Assembly: GCA_034670305.1 (NCBI GenBank)
Contig: JAXMNT010000032.1
Span: forward strand, 23,364 to 87,363
Direction: 5' to 3'
Origin: Deltaproteobacteria bacterium
Lineage (GTDB): Bacteria; Myxococcota_A; Polyangia; Polyangiales; Houyiibacteriaceae
DNA length: 64,000 nucleotides
Each line of letters starts with the position of its first letter. Position 1 is the stretch's first letter. The translations under genes were made by a program, and so were the position numbers. The notes under the pieces are model-generated. The model was not told the origin of the DNA. It made no database searches and was given only the letters and a program-made list of their open reading frames with translations. This document shows positions 37,689 to 48,227 of the stretch, in pieces.

Positions 37689-39527
37689 ATGATCGACGAC
37701 GGCTTGTTCGATCCCGCCGCGACCCTCCCGACCCTCGCGGACGATCGATACGTGGGACGCGGCGTGCTCGGCGAAGGCGGCATGGGCGAGGTGCGGCTGT
37801 ACCGCGACCAAGTCGTGGGACGCGACGTGGCGATGAAGGTGTTGTTGCCCGCCCGGCAGCGCGACCCGCGGGCGCGCATCCGGTTCCTGCGCGAAGCACT
37901 GGTGCAAGGACAGCTCGAACATCCGGCGATCGTGCCGGTGTACGACATCGGCGCGACCGCGAGCGGGGATCCCTACTTCACGATGAAGCGGATCCGGGGC
38001 GATTCTTTGCGCGACGTGCTTCGCGCCCGCGCGATGCGGCGCAGCGGACCTGAGTCGGGAGATGCGCGGGAGAGCGATGCGGTCCTCGCCGGTCGAGTCG
38101 CAGCACACTCGACTCGGCAGCTGCTCGAGGCGTTCTCGTCGGTGTGTTTGGCGATGGAGTACGTGCACAGCCGCGGCGTCATCCACCGCGATCTGAAGCC
38201 CTCCAACCTCATGCTCGGCACCTACGGCGAAGTGTACGTGCTCGACTGGGGCGTCGCGCGCGTCTTGCACGCCGCGCAAGGAGGACTGCTCGACACCGAG
38301 GACATCCCCGAGGTCGGCACCCGGGTGGGATCGGTGCTGGGCACGCCGGGGTACCTCGCGCCGGAGCAGATCCTCAGCTCGGCGGTGGACCGGCGGGCCG
38401 ACGTGTACGCACTCGGGGCCATCCTCTTCGAGATCGCCACCGGCGCGCCGCTGCACGCGCGCACAGCGAAGATCCGCCCGAGCGACGCGCTCACGGAGGC
38501 GAACCCAGCCGAGCGGGTGCGCGCGCTCGGGCTCTCGATGGAGCCCGCGCTGCTCTCCATCGTTGCGCATGCGACCGCGCACGATCTGGAGCGCCGCACC
38601 CCCACCGCACGCGCGGTCTACGACGCGGTCCGCGCCCACCTGGACGCCAGCGGTCACGACGAAGACCGCGCCGACGCACACGCCCACGCCGCTCGCCGAG
38701 CCGCCGACCAACTGCTTCGCGCAAAACCCGAGGACGAGGCGGGGCTGCACCGGATGGCGCTGCGCGAAGCTGGGCTCGCGATGTCGCTGAAACCGGGTCA
38801 TCCGGCCGCGCTCGAGGTCATCGCCGAGCTGCTCGGCAAACCGCCCTCGCGGCTCCCGACAAGTGCCCAAGCGCTGGCGGACCACACCCGCCATCTCACG
38901 GCCCGGCGCGGGCTGCGCGAAGGCGCCATCGCCCGGTTCAGCTGGCTTCTCTACATCCCCATCATCTTCTGGCTCGGCCTGAAGAACGTGGGTCTGGGCA
39001 TCCTCTTGGTGGGCCTCTCGATGGCCGCGGGCATGTTCGAACTGTGGGCGTCGCGGCACCGGGAACCCTCCAAGTGGGTGATGCGCAGCGCCGCGGTGCT
39101 GGCGCTCGCCAGCATGGCGCCGCTCTCGTTCGTACTCGGTCCCTACGGGCTCTTGCCGCTGGTCGTGCTCGCCTCGTTGCCCGCGCTCTTGCTCAACCTC
39201 GATCGCCGCGGCCGGCACTGGGCGACGGGCGCCGCGATGCTGGTGCTCGCGGTGCCCGCGGTGCTCGAATGGCTTGGCGTGTTCCCCGCGTACGGGGTGC
39301 AGGACGAGATGGTGCAGGTGTTCCCCGCGATGGTGGCGTTCGACGAGACCACCCTGCGCATCTGCATGCTCACGCTGTGCCTGGCCTGCGTCCTCACCTC
39401 GGCGCGCCTCGTCGGCGGCATGCGCGACACCCTGCAGCGGAATGAATCGCGCCTGCACGCCCAGTCCTGGCAACTGCGCCAGCTCCTTCCCCGCGCTACC
39501 CGCGAGAGCGAAGACTCCTCGGTCTGA
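37689..39527 (+). CDS. Ser/Thr kinase with a multi-pass C-terminal membrane domain
   Basis: GEGGMGEV, VAMK, HRDLKPSN, DWG, GTPGYLAPE; 5-6 hydrophobic helices. Confidence 0.95.
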   Translation: MIDDGLFDPAATLPTLADDRYVGRGVLGEGGMGEVRLYRDQVVGRDVAMKVLLPARQRDPRARIRFLREALVQGQLEHPAIVPVYDIGATASGDPYFTMKRIRGDSLRDVLRARAMRRSGPESGDARESDAVLAGRVAAHSTRQLLEAFSSVCLAMEYVHSRGVIHRDLKPSNLMLGTYGEVYVLDWGVARVLHAAQGGLLDTEDIPEVGTRVGSVLGTPGYLAPEQILSSAVDRRADVYALGAILFEIATGAPLHARTAKIRPSDALTEANPAERVRALGLSMEPALLSIVAHATAHDLERRTPTARAVYDAVRAHLDASGHDEDRADAHAHAARRAADQLLRAKPEDEAGLHRMALREAGLAMSLKPGHPAALEVIAELLGKPPSRLPTSAQALADHTRHLTARRGLREGAIARFSWLLYIPIIFWLGLKNVGLGILLVGLSMAAGMFELWASRHREPSKWVMRSAAVLALASMAPLSFVLGPYGLLPLVVLASLPALLLNLDRRGRHWATGAAMLVLAVPAVLEWLGVFPAYGVQDEMVQVFPAMVAFDETTLRICMLTLCLACVLTSARLVGGMRDTLQRNESRLHAQSWQLRQLLPRATRESEDSSV

Positions 39528-39560
39528 CGCTCCGCGCGGTTCGGGTGCTAGCTTCGCCCG

Positions 39561-40007
39561 ATGGGTCGTCTCGTGCCGCTTCCCCGGTTCCTCTGGCTTC
39601 TTCCCGCGCTCGGGTTGAATGGGTGCGAGGAGCTCGCGCGGTTGTTCGTGATCATGTGGTTCGGATTCCTGGCGGTCACGGCGCTGACAGGGATCGCGCT
39701 GTTCGCGTTCTCGGTCCGCGCACTCAAGAAGAAGTCGCCGACGGTCGTGTTGGCGATCGTGTCGTGGATCCTTGGCTTGCCGATCTTCGCGGTCGTCTTG
39801 ATGGTCATCGAGAGCACGCTCACGGGCGGCGAGAGTGGACGGGTCGCCATCGAGATGATCGTGGTGCTGCCGTGGGTCGGCGCATGCTCACTCTCTCTGC
39901 GGGCGGCCCGCGACACGCCGACCATGCGCATCGTCGCAACGTTCATCGGCGTGCTGCTGACCCTCCTCGTCTTGCTGGGCGTGCTCGCCCCCGTGCTCGC
40001 GGGCTGA
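39561..40007 (+). CDS. Hypothetical membrane protein, about 4 TM
   Basis: Hydrophobic 148-aa ORF filling the gap between genes. Confidence 0.7.
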   Translation: MGRLVPLPRFLWLLPALGLNGCEELARLFVIMWFGFLAVTALTGIALFAFSVRALKKKSPTVVLAIVSWILGLPIFAVVLMVIESTLTGGESGRVAIEMIVVLPWVGACSLSLRAARDTPTMRIVATFIGVLLTLLVLLGVLAPVLAG

Positions 40008-40031
40008 CGGCCTGTCGCTTCGACGGCCGCG

Positions 40032-41027
40032 TCAGGCGAGCGATTCGAGCAAGAGCGGCAGCGACCGTTCGTAGCGGTAAGACGTGCCTCGGTGGCCCCC
40101 GTCGTACTCTTCGCACACGCAGTCGACGCCCACGCGCTTCATCTCGTCGCGCATCGCAAGAGCGGCGAACTGCAAGCCGTGTTCGTCGCGGTTGCCGCTG
40201 TCGAGGAAGATGGTGGCCATCGTCTTGAGCGCGGGCGCGCCCTTCTCGATGCGGGTGAGCGGGTCGTGTTCGATCCACCGGGCCCACACGTCGGGCACCA
40301 GCGCGCCGGTGCCGACGTGCATCGGCAGGTCGCAGTGCGGCGGCGCGCTCTTGCTCGGTGCGTACGCAGCCGAACACGCGAGCACGAAGATCGCGTCGAA
40401 CTCACCACCGCCGCGCGGACCACCTTGCACGACCCGCTCCGCAAACGCGGTCAGGCCCCCCGCTTGGCGAATGGCGATGGCCGCGTTCGTCAGCATGGGC
40501 CGCATGCTGACTTCGAAGGCGGCGTCGCCGCAGTGGCTGCCCACCGCGCCGACCACGTCCGGCCGATCCATCGCCATGCGGAGCGCGCCGAAGCCGCCGG
40601 AGGAGCGGCCGATCACCGCGCGCCCGTCTCGCTTCGGGATCGTGCGAAACGTCTTGTCCACGTGGGGCCAGACTTCGTCGCAGAGGTAGGTCTGGTAGGC
40701 GCCGGTCGCGGCCGAGTCGAGGAACTGGCTGCCGCCCCAGCGGTTGCTCGCGTCGGGCATCACCAAGATCGCTGGCCGGGTCTCCTTCGCGAGGATCTGT
40801 GCTTCGAACCGCTCGACCGTGTTCGGTTTCCACGGCGAGTACCCGAGCATCGATTGGTGCGTGGCCGCGAAACCGGGGAGCAACATCACCGCCGGGTAGC
40901 GGGTCGTGTCCGCGTCGTAGCCGGGCGGCAGATACACCAGCACCTCGCGCAACGTCGGATCCCCGAGCGCGTTGCCCTCGAGCACCGTGCTTTGGAGCGG
41001 CGAACGTACGATCTGTCCCTGAAGCAT
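40032..41027 (-). CDS. Alpha/beta-hydrolase esterase (Fes-like)
   Basis: VYLPPGY, GRSSGG nucleophile motif, DSG..DE, GGH. Confidence 0.9.
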   Translation of the reverse strand: MLQGQIVRSPLQSTVLEGNALGDPTLREVLVYLPPGYDADTTRYPAVMLLPGFAATHQSMLGYSPWKPNTVERFEAQILAKETRPAILVMPDASNRWGGSQFLDSAATGAYQTYLCDEVWPHVDKTFRTIPKRDGRAVIGRSSGGFGALRMAMDRPDVVGAVGSHCGDAAFEVSMRPMLTNAAIAIRQAGGLTAFAERVVQGGPRGGGEFDAIFVLACSAAYAPSKSAPPHCDLPMHVGTGALVPDVWARWIEHDPLTRIEKGAPALKTMATIFLDSGNRDEHGLQFAALAMRDEMKRVGVDCVCEEYDGGHRGTSYRYERSLPLLLESLA

Positions 41028-41145
41028 CCTTCACCCCTGTTCCGAGGCAGCGCCCCTTTGAACTCTGTTCGTCGCGCATCGGTCCCTGAGAGAGCGCGCC
41101 GCCGCGAACCGCGAAAGGCTACACCCGCGGAGGAACCGCGCGAGA

Positions 41146-42912
41146 CTACATCTGTTCGAGCACGTCGATGCCGAGCAGCTCGAGACCCACTTCGAGCTGC
41201 CGGCCCGCGAGCCAGACGAGTCCCAAACGTGAGGTGCGCATCGCCCCCTCGGATTTGAGCACCGGACAGTCGGTGTAGAACTTACTGAGCGTCCGAGCGA
41301 CGGAGTACATGTGGTCGCAGAGCAGATGCGGCAGGCTTGTCTCTCCCGCCTTCCACACGACCTCACCGAAACGAAGCAACGTCTTGGCGAGCGCGAGCTC
41401 CGCGGGTTCGGTGACCTCGATGGCGCTGTCCCAAACGGCCGGCCATTCCCGCTCATCCTTGCGAAAGATCGAACGGGTGCGGGCGTACTGGTAGTGGAGG
41501 TAGGGACCAGCGTTCCCAGAGAACGAGATCATGGTCTCGAGATCGAACCGGTAGTCGGTCGTCCGGTTCTTCATCAGGTCGTTGTACTTCACTGCGCCGA
41601 TGCCGATGACCTCCGCGGCGTGGTCGATCTCCTCCGGCGGGATGCGCAAGCTCTCGTCGGCGAGCTTCTCCTCGATCACCCGCCGGCTCTGCGCGACCGC
41701 CTCGTCGAGGAGCGATCCGAGCGACACGCTCTCGCCCGAGCGGGTGCGCATGACCTTGCCGTCCGCGCCCTGGATCTGGCCGAACGCGATGTGTTCGAGC
41801 CGCATCGGTTCACCGAGCAACTTCATCACGCTGAAGAGCTGCTCGAAGTGGAGCGCCTGCGGGCTGCCCACCACGTAGAGCGCGCGGTCCGCGCCGAAGA
41901 CCTCGCGCCGGTACTGCACGGTGGCGACGTCGCTCGTCGCGTAGTTGAACGCACCGTCCTTCTTGCGGACGATGAACGGGGACTTCTGTTTGCGGAGGCG
42001 TTTGGGCACCGCGTCCGGAAGCGCGCCTTCGATCTCGCCCATCTCGTGGAAGAACACACACGCCGCTCCGTCGTCGATGGTGGCGATGCCTTTGTCGAGC
42101 AAGAGCTGCGCGACGCCGTCGAGCCGGTCGTTGTACGCGCTCTCGCCGAGCCACTCGTCGAAGGTGACGCCGAGCCGGTCATACACGCCGCGCAAGCTGG
42201 AGAGCGTGATCTCCACGAAGCGTTTCCAGTGCGCGAGGTTCTCTTCGTCGCCGCTCTGGAGTTTCGCGAGCTCGTCCCGCGCGACCTGCGCGAACGCCGG
42301 GTCTTCTTTGGCGCGGGCGGACGCCGCTTTGTAGATCGTCTCGAGCCCGGCCAGCGGATCGTCGCCCGGGATCTCGCCGCCGGCTTCGCGCAGCCCGGCG
42401 ATGAGCAGACCGAACTGGGTGCCCCAGTCGCCGAGGTGGTTGTCGCTGATGACCTTGTGCCCGACTTTGCGGAGCAGCTGGACGAGCGCGTGGCCGATGA
42501 TGGTCGAGCGCAGGTGACCGACGTGCATCTGTTTGGCGATGTTCGGCGACGAGTAGTCGACCACGATCGTCTCCGGGTTCGCGACCTGCTCGATGCCGAG
42601 GTCCGCGCCGCCGATCTCGCTCAAGCACGCGCCCACCCACCCGTCGTCCAGCGTCAGGTTCACGAAGCCCGGGCCCGCGACCGACGCAGCCGAGAACGCC
42701 GGGTGCGCGACGATGGCTTCGGCGATGGGCGCCGCGATGTCGCGCGGCGACTTCTTCAGTCGCTTGGCCAGCGCCATGGCGCCGTTGATCTGGAAGTCGC
42801 CGTGCGCGGGATCGCCGCATGGACGCAGAAGCGGGTTCGGCGCTTCCTCGAGCCCCAACGCTTCTTTCATCACCTCTGCCGCGATCGATTCCAGCCGTGC
42901 TTCGAGCAACAT
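41146..42912 (-). CDS. argS: Arginine--tRNA ligase
   Basis: VDYSSPNIAKQMHVGHLRSTIIG, GDWGTQFG, MRTRSG, Y..YQYAR. Confidence 0.98.
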   Translation of the reverse strand: MLLEARLESIAAEVMKEALGLEEAPNPLLRPCGDPAHGDFQINGAMALAKRLKKSPRDIAAPIAEAIVAHPAFSAASVAGPGFVNLTLDDGWVGACLSEIGGADLGIEQVANPETIVVDYSSPNIAKQMHVGHLRSTIIGHALVQLLRKVGHKVISDNHLGDWGTQFGLLIAGLREAGGEIPGDDPLAGLETIYKAASARAKEDPAFAQVARDELAKLQSGDEENLAHWKRFVEITLSSLRGVYDRLGVTFDEWLGESAYNDRLDGVAQLLLDKGIATIDDGAACVFFHEMGEIEGALPDAVPKRLRKQKSPFIVRKKDGAFNYATSDVATVQYRREVFGADRALYVVGSPQALHFEQLFSVMKLLGEPMRLEHIAFGQIQGADGKVMRTRSGESVSLGSLLDEAVAQSRRVIEEKLADESLRIPPEEIDHAAEVIGIGAVKYNDLMKNRTTDYRFDLETMISFSGNAGPYLHYQYARTRSIFRKDEREWPAVWDSAIEVTEPAELALAKTLLRFGEVVWKAGETSLPHLLCDHMYSVARTLSKFYTDCPVLKSEGAMRTSRLGLVWLAGRQLEVGLELLGIDVLEQM

Positions 42913-43109
42913 GCAGAGCCCTTTACGCGTGGGCATGCGGCGAGACAACCGCCCGGGATCGGCGGCGGTTGGCTTGACGCACCGCGGCATGCCTTTCACG
43001 TTTCCTGGCGGTGTCGGAACCCCCGAGTCCGAAGCCCGTCCGGCCTGCCCGAACGCTCTCATTCCCCCATGACAGCTCCCCTCGCGACAGGGGAAAAGGA
43101 CCCCACCCC

Positions 43110-44939
43110 GTGGCTCAACCGATCAACCGCTACAAGGCCGATCTCCGCGACTTCGCGTTCGTACTCTTCGAGCAGTTCAACCTGCAGGACGTGCTCGCGA
43201 AAGAGCCCTACCAGGACTGGGACGCGGACACGTGCCGCTCGGTGCTCGACTCGGTCTACACGTTCGCGAAGGAAGTCACCGGCCCGCTCAACCGCATCGG
43301 CGACGTGCAGGGCTGCCGCGTCGAAGACGGCTCCGTGAAGGTGCCCGAGGGTTTCAAGGGCGCGTGGGACAAGTTGTACGAAGCGGGCTGGCGCACGCTC
43401 GGCGCACCGGCGGAGCTCAACGGCATGGGCGCGCCCCAGGCGCTTGCGATCCTCGCGGAGGAGTTGCTGAGCGGTTCCAACACCGCGTTCAACATGTACC
43501 CCGGTCTGTCGTTGGGGGCGGCGGAGGTCATCGGGCACTTCGGCACGCCGGAGCAAAAGAAGAAGTACATCCTGAAGATGACGGACGGCACGTGGGGGGG
43601 AACCATGTGCTTGACCGAACCGCACGCTGGATCCGACGTGGGCAGCTCGACCACGACGGCGACGCCGGTCGGGGACGGCACCTACAAGATCAAGGGCTCG
43701 AAGATCTTCATCTCCGGCGGCGACCACGACATGGCGTCGAACATCATTCACCTGGCGCTCGCGCGCATCGACGGCGCGGTGGCCGGCACCAGGGGGCTGT
43801 CCCTCTTCATCGTGCCGAAGATCCGCGAGGACGGAACCCCGAACGACGTCCAGGTCAGCTCCATCGAACACAAGATGGGCATCAACGGCTCCGCGACCTG
43901 CGCGCTCCAGTTCGGCGACGACGACGACTGCATCGGTGAGCTGGTCGGAACCGTCGAGCACAAGGGCATGCGCCAGATGTTCACCATGATGAACTTCGCC
44001 CGCATCGGCGTCGGCATCCAAGGGCTCAGCGTCGCGTCGTCGGCGTACCTGAACGCGCTCGAGTACGCGCGGGACCGCAAACAGGGCAGCTCGATCTCCG
44101 AGTGGAAGAACCCCGAGTCGCCGCGCGTGGCCATCATCGAGCATCCGAACATCCGGCGCGACCTGCTCGAGATGAAGTCCAAGGTGGAGGGCATGCGCGC
44201 CCTCATCACCAAACTCGCCGTGCACCAGGATCGACTCAACGCGATCGGCGATCGAGACGACGACAGCAAGGCGCACCACAAGGGGCAGATCAACTTGCTC
44301 ACCCCGCTCGTCAAAGCGTACTGCTCCGACGAAGCGTTCCGGGTGTGCGAGACGGCGATCCAAGTCTACGGCGGCGCCGGCTACCTCAAGGACTGGCCGG
44401 TCGAACAGTACTGCCGCGACTCCAAGATCTTCAGCATCTACGAAGGCACCAACGCCATCCAGGCGCTCGACCTGGTGGGCCGCAAGCTCGGCCAGGGCGG
44501 CGGCAAGAACACCCAGGCGTTCCTCGGCGACATCCAGACCTTCATCAACGCACACCTCGAGCACCCGGAGCTCAAGCCGGCGGTCGCCAACCTGCAGAAG
44601 GCCCACGAAGCCGTCGGCGGAAGCGTCATGCAGTTCCTCGGATGGTTCCAGGCCCAGCAGATGCCCAACATCGTGCTCAACGCGGAACGTTTCCTCCACA
44701 TGATGAGCAAGCTCGCCATCGGTTGGCTTCTGCTCGAAGCGAGCTCCATCGCGATCGAGAACCTGGCGAAGGACGATCTCTCCGAGAAGGACAAGGCGTT
44801 CTACTTGGGCAAGAAGATGAGCGGCATCTTCTACGCGATGAACATCGTGCCCGAGGTGGTCGGTGCTGCCCGCACCCTGCGTGCGGCCGACGCGAGCCCG
44901 CTCGCGATGACCGACGAAGCGTTCGGCCCAGCCCTCTAA
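43110..44939 (+). CDS. Acyl-CoA dehydrogenase
   Basis: GTMCLTEPHAGSD, KIFISGG, EHKMGI, QVYGGAGY, IYEGTN. Confidence 0.96.
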   Translation: MAQPINRYKADLRDFAFVLFEQFNLQDVLAKEPYQDWDADTCRSVLDSVYTFAKEVTGPLNRIGDVQGCRVEDGSVKVPEGFKGAWDKLYEAGWRTLGAPAELNGMGAPQALAILAEELLSGSNTAFNMYPGLSLGAAEVIGHFGTPEQKKKYILKMTDGTWGGTMCLTEPHAGSDVGSSTTTATPVGDGTYKIKGSKIFISGGDHDMASNIIHLALARIDGAVAGTRGLSLFIVPKIREDGTPNDVQVSSIEHKMGINGSATCALQFGDDDDCIGELVGTVEHKGMRQMFTMMNFARIGVGIQGLSVASSAYLNALEYARDRKQGSSISEWKNPESPRVAIIEHPNIRRDLLEMKSKVEGMRALITKLAVHQDRLNAIGDRDDDSKAHHKGQINLLTPLVKAYCSDEAFRVCETAIQVYGGAGYLKDWPVEQYCRDSKIFSIYEGTNAIQALDLVGRKLGQGGGKNTQAFLGDIQTFINAHLEHPELKPAVANLQKAHEAVGGSVMQFLGWFQAQQMPNIVLNAERFLHMMSKLAIGWLLLEASSIAIENLAKDDLSEKDKAFYLGKKMSGIFYAMNIVPEVVGAARTLRAADASPLAMTDEAFGPAL

Positions 44940-45106
44940 GAAAGCGGCGAACCCTGCGCGCCCAGACCCCGATCTGGGCGGCGCTGGGAGGGTCTCAGAA
45001 AACCCGGAACACCCGGCAATTCGTCGCCAGACCGTGCATACTGTGCGGGAATGCCTGCGTTGACACCCCATCCCCACCTCGCGAGAATGCGACGGTCATG
45101 GGGGAG

Positions 45107-46915
45107 ATGAGCGCGCACAGCGTGACAACGTCCTCCGAGGCGGGGCTGGCCAGTCGGCTCCTCTCGGAGCAGGCGTTCGGCAAATACACCCTGATCGCGA
45201 AGATCGGTCACGGGGGCATGGCCGAGGTGTTCCTGGCGGCGCTCAGTGGACCCGCTGGTTTCACGAAGTTGTGCGTGCTCAAGCGGCTCCACCCGCACCT
45301 CGAGGAAGAGCCGGCGCTCATCGGGATGTTCCTCGACGAGGCGCGGCTCGCGGCCCGGCTCAACCATCCGAACGTCGTCCAGACCTACGAGGTCGGCGAC
45401 GTCGAAGGCCTTCATTTCTTGACGATGGAGTACCTGGAGGGGCAGTCGCTCGCCCGGGTGCTGCGGCACTTGCGGCGGCTCGACCAGGGTTTGCCGCTCG
45501 CGGTCGGGGTGCGGCTCTTCGTCGAAGTGCTCGATGGCATGCAGTACGCGCACACCTTGCGCGACTTCGATGGCACGCCGTTGAACGTGGTCCACCGGGA
45601 CATCTCGCCCGGCAACCTCTTCATGACCTACGACGGCCAGGTGAAGGTGCTCGATTTCGGCATCGCCCGAGCCGGCACCCACTTGATGGAGACGCGCGCC
45701 GGTCAGGTGAAGGGCAAGTTCGCGTACATCGCGCCGGAGCAAGCGAGCCCCGATGGCGGGCACGATCAGCGCGCCGATCTGTGGAGCATCGGCGTCGTGA
45801 TGTGGGAAGCGCTCGCTGGTCAGCGGCTCTTCAAGGGCGAGTCCGAGATCATGACGCTGCACAACGCGCTCAACTCGGAGATCATCTCGCTCGATCACGA
45901 GCACGGGGTGCCCGAGGGCCTCTCGGCGATCGTCGATCGAGCGCTGAGTCGCGATCCCGACCTGCGGTACCAGTCGGCCCGCGAGATGAAAGAAGACCTC
46001 GAGATGTTCATGCAGGACGAAGGTCTGCGCGCGTCTCGTGGAGACGTCGGCAGCTTCGTCGTAGAGCTCTTCGCCCGCGAGCGCGACGAACAGCGCCGGG
46101 TGCTCAGCGCGTACATGCGTGGTGAGTCTCCTGGGCAACCGATGATTCCGCTGACGCCGCAGACCGGCTCCGGGATCCAGTCGGTGCCCGGCCAGCCGGT
46201 GCCGAGCGAAAAGAAGAAGTGGCTCCCGGTGTTGATCGTGCTGTTGGCGGCCCTCGTGGGCGCCGCCGCCGCGATCCTCGGGAGCGGCGAAACAGATGAC
46301 CCGGAACCGATCCTGGCGCGCACCGACCACGAACCCGCCGACCCGCTCCATGGCGCGGGCGGAGCGGGGCAAGCGGGGCAAGATGGTCGACCGGGTACCG
46401 GCATGGACCAGGCCGGCAGCGGAACCCCGTGGGAGCAGCTGCCGGGTCAGCCCAGCATGACCGAAACCAGCATGACCGAAGCCGGCATGACCGAAGCCAG
46501 CACGACCGAAGCCGGCACTGCGATGACGACGGTGGGTGAACCCACGACCGTGCCGCACGTTGAAACCACCATGGAGACCGCGATCGACACCGCCATGGAC
46601 ACGGTCGAGACCTCGACCATGATGCGGCGGCGACGCAGCATGCGGGCCACCATGGTCGAACGGGAAACCGAGATGGAAGTCGTCATGGAAGCCGCCACGA
46701 TGGCCGAACGTGGGTTTCTGACCATCGACAGCCATCCCTGGGCCCACGTGTCCCTCAACGGACAGCGCATCGGCACGACGCCCGTCGTGCGCCACGCCCT
46801 CGCCCCCGGTTCCCACGATCTCGTCCTGACCAACCCCGAACGTGGACTCCGAACGCCGTACCGGGTTAACATCCAGCCCGGTCAGGTCACTACACGACGC
46901 ATCGCGCTCGAGTAG
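45107..46915 (+). CDS. Transmembrane Ser/Thr kinase with a Met/Thr-rich linker and PEGA-like domain
   Basis: GHGGMAEV, HRDISPGN, DFG, APE; TM helix; SHPWAHV...IGTTP. Alternative start at 45098. Confidence 0.95.
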   Translation: MSAHSVTTSSEAGLASRLLSEQAFGKYTLIAKIGHGGMAEVFLAALSGPAGFTKLCVLKRLHPHLEEEPALIGMFLDEARLAARLNHPNVVQTYEVGDVEGLHFLTMEYLEGQSLARVLRHLRRLDQGLPLAVGVRLFVEVLDGMQYAHTLRDFDGTPLNVVHRDISPGNLFMTYDGQVKVLDFGIARAGTHLMETRAGQVKGKFAYIAPEQASPDGGHDQRADLWSIGVVMWEALAGQRLFKGESEIMTLHNALNSEIISLDHEHGVPEGLSAIVDRALSRDPDLRYQSAREMKEDLEMFMQDEGLRASRGDVGSFVVELFARERDEQRRVLSAYMRGESPGQPMIPLTPQTGSGIQSVPGQPVPSEKKKWLPVLIVLLAALVGAAAAILGSGETDDPEPILARTDHEPADPLHGAGGAGQAGQDGRPGTGMDQAGSGTPWEQLPGQPSMTETSMTEAGMTEASTTEAGTAMTTVGEPTTVPHVETTMETAIDTAMDTVETSTMMRRRRSMRATMVERETEMEVVMEAATMAERGFLTIDSHPWAHVSLNGQRIGTTPVVRHALAPGSHDLVLTNPERGLRTPYRVNIQPGQVTTRRIALE

Positions 46916-46963
46916 TCTGCCCACTTAAGCGCCTCGAGGGGCGCCCACTGGAGCTTGAAGAGG

Positions 46964-48223
46964 ATGTCGAGGGGGATTCGGGTCGCGATCGCGGCCTTCA
47001 TGTGTATGGCGGGGGTCAGCTGCGGCGATCCGGATCCAGGGATCCGGGGCGAGCCGGTGCGCATTGGCGTCATCGTGTCGTTGACAGGAGATTTGGCCGC
47101 CGTGGGGCCTCATCTCGAGAACTCAGCGCGGCTGGTCGAGCGAGAGGTGAACGCCGCGGGCGGGATTCTTGGCGGACGCCGGCTCGAGCTCGTCGTGCGC
47201 GACGACCGAACCGAAGCGTCGCAAGCAGCGATCGTCGCGCAAGACCTCATCGAGAACGAAGGGGTGGTCGCCATCGTCGGCTCGCTCGGTTCCGCCGCTT
47301 CGCTTGCGACGGCCGAAGTGACGAGCGCCGCGCGCGTCCCGCAGATCAGCTGCTGCTCCACCTCGCAGGATCTGACGACGGCGCAGCCGGAAGAAGACCG
47401 TTACCTCTTCCGCACGGTGCCCTCGGACCTGCTCCAAGCGGTGGTGCTCGCCCGCCATGCGGAGAGCTGCACCGCGCTCGCCATCCTCCACATCGACGAC
47501 TCGTACGGCAACCCGTTCGGTGCGGCGATCGAGCAGAACTTCACCGCGCGCGGCGGCAACGTCGTCGGCCGGGTGGCGTTTCGCGGGGGCCGCCCGAGTT
47601 ACGCCGCTGAGGTCGCGGAGGTTCGCACCCTCAACCCGGACTGCATCGCGCTCGTCGCGTTCCCGGAGAACGGCGGCACGATCCTTCGCGAATGGGATGC
47701 GTTGCCGGACTCGACCGACGTGCGGTGGATCGGCACGGACGGCGTGAAAGACAACGGCCTGGTACTCGAAGCCGGACGCCCAGAGCTGGTCGACGGGGTC
47801 GAAGGCACCGCACCGATCGTCGAACCCGACACCCCTTCGTTCCAGACGTACGCCGCACTCTACTTGGCCACCTTCAGCGAGGGCGTGGGCATCTTCGGCG
47901 GCAACCAGTACGACGCCACGGCGCTTCTCGTGCTCGCCATCGAGGCGGCGGGCTCCACCGACGGGTCCGCCATCCGCGACGCCCTCTTTCAGGTCTCGAA
48001 CCCTGGCGAGCCCGGCGACACCCAGCCCTTCTTCGGACCGGGCGACCTCGGCGAAGCGCTTGGGCGCATCCGCGAAGGCACGGACATCGACTACAACGGC
48101 GCGGGCGGCCCAGTGGACTTGGATCCCAACGGCGATGTGCGCTCCGACTACGAGACGTGGATCTACTCCATGGACACGATGACGTTCACCCGCACCTCCA
48201 TCATTCGAAGCTCGGAGCTCTGA
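46964..48223 (+). CDS. LivJ-like (type 1) substrate-binding lipoprotein
   Basis: GVSC lipobox; IGVIVSLTG, VNAAGGILGG, YLFRTVPSD, SYG, YDA. Confidence 0.92.
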   Translation: MSRGIRVAIAAFMCMAGVSCGDPDPGIRGEPVRIGVIVSLTGDLAAVGPHLENSARLVEREVNAAGGILGGRRLELVVRDDRTEASQAAIVAQDLIENEGVVAIVGSLGSAASLATAEVTSAARVPQISCCSTSQDLTTAQPEEDRYLFRTVPSDLLQAVVLARHAESCTALAILHIDDSYGNPFGAAIEQNFTARGGNVVGRVAFRGGRPSYAAEVAEVRTLNPDCIALVAFPENGGTILREWDALPDSTDVRWIGTDGVKDNGLVLEAGRPELVDGVEGTAPIVEPDTPSFQTYAALYLATFSEGVGIFGGNQYDATALLVLAIEAAGSTDGSAIRDALFQVSNPGEPGDTQPFFGPGDLGEALGRIREGTDIDYNGAGGPVDLDPNGDVRSDYETWIYSMDTMTFTRTSIIRSSEL

Positions 48224-48227
48224 ACCC

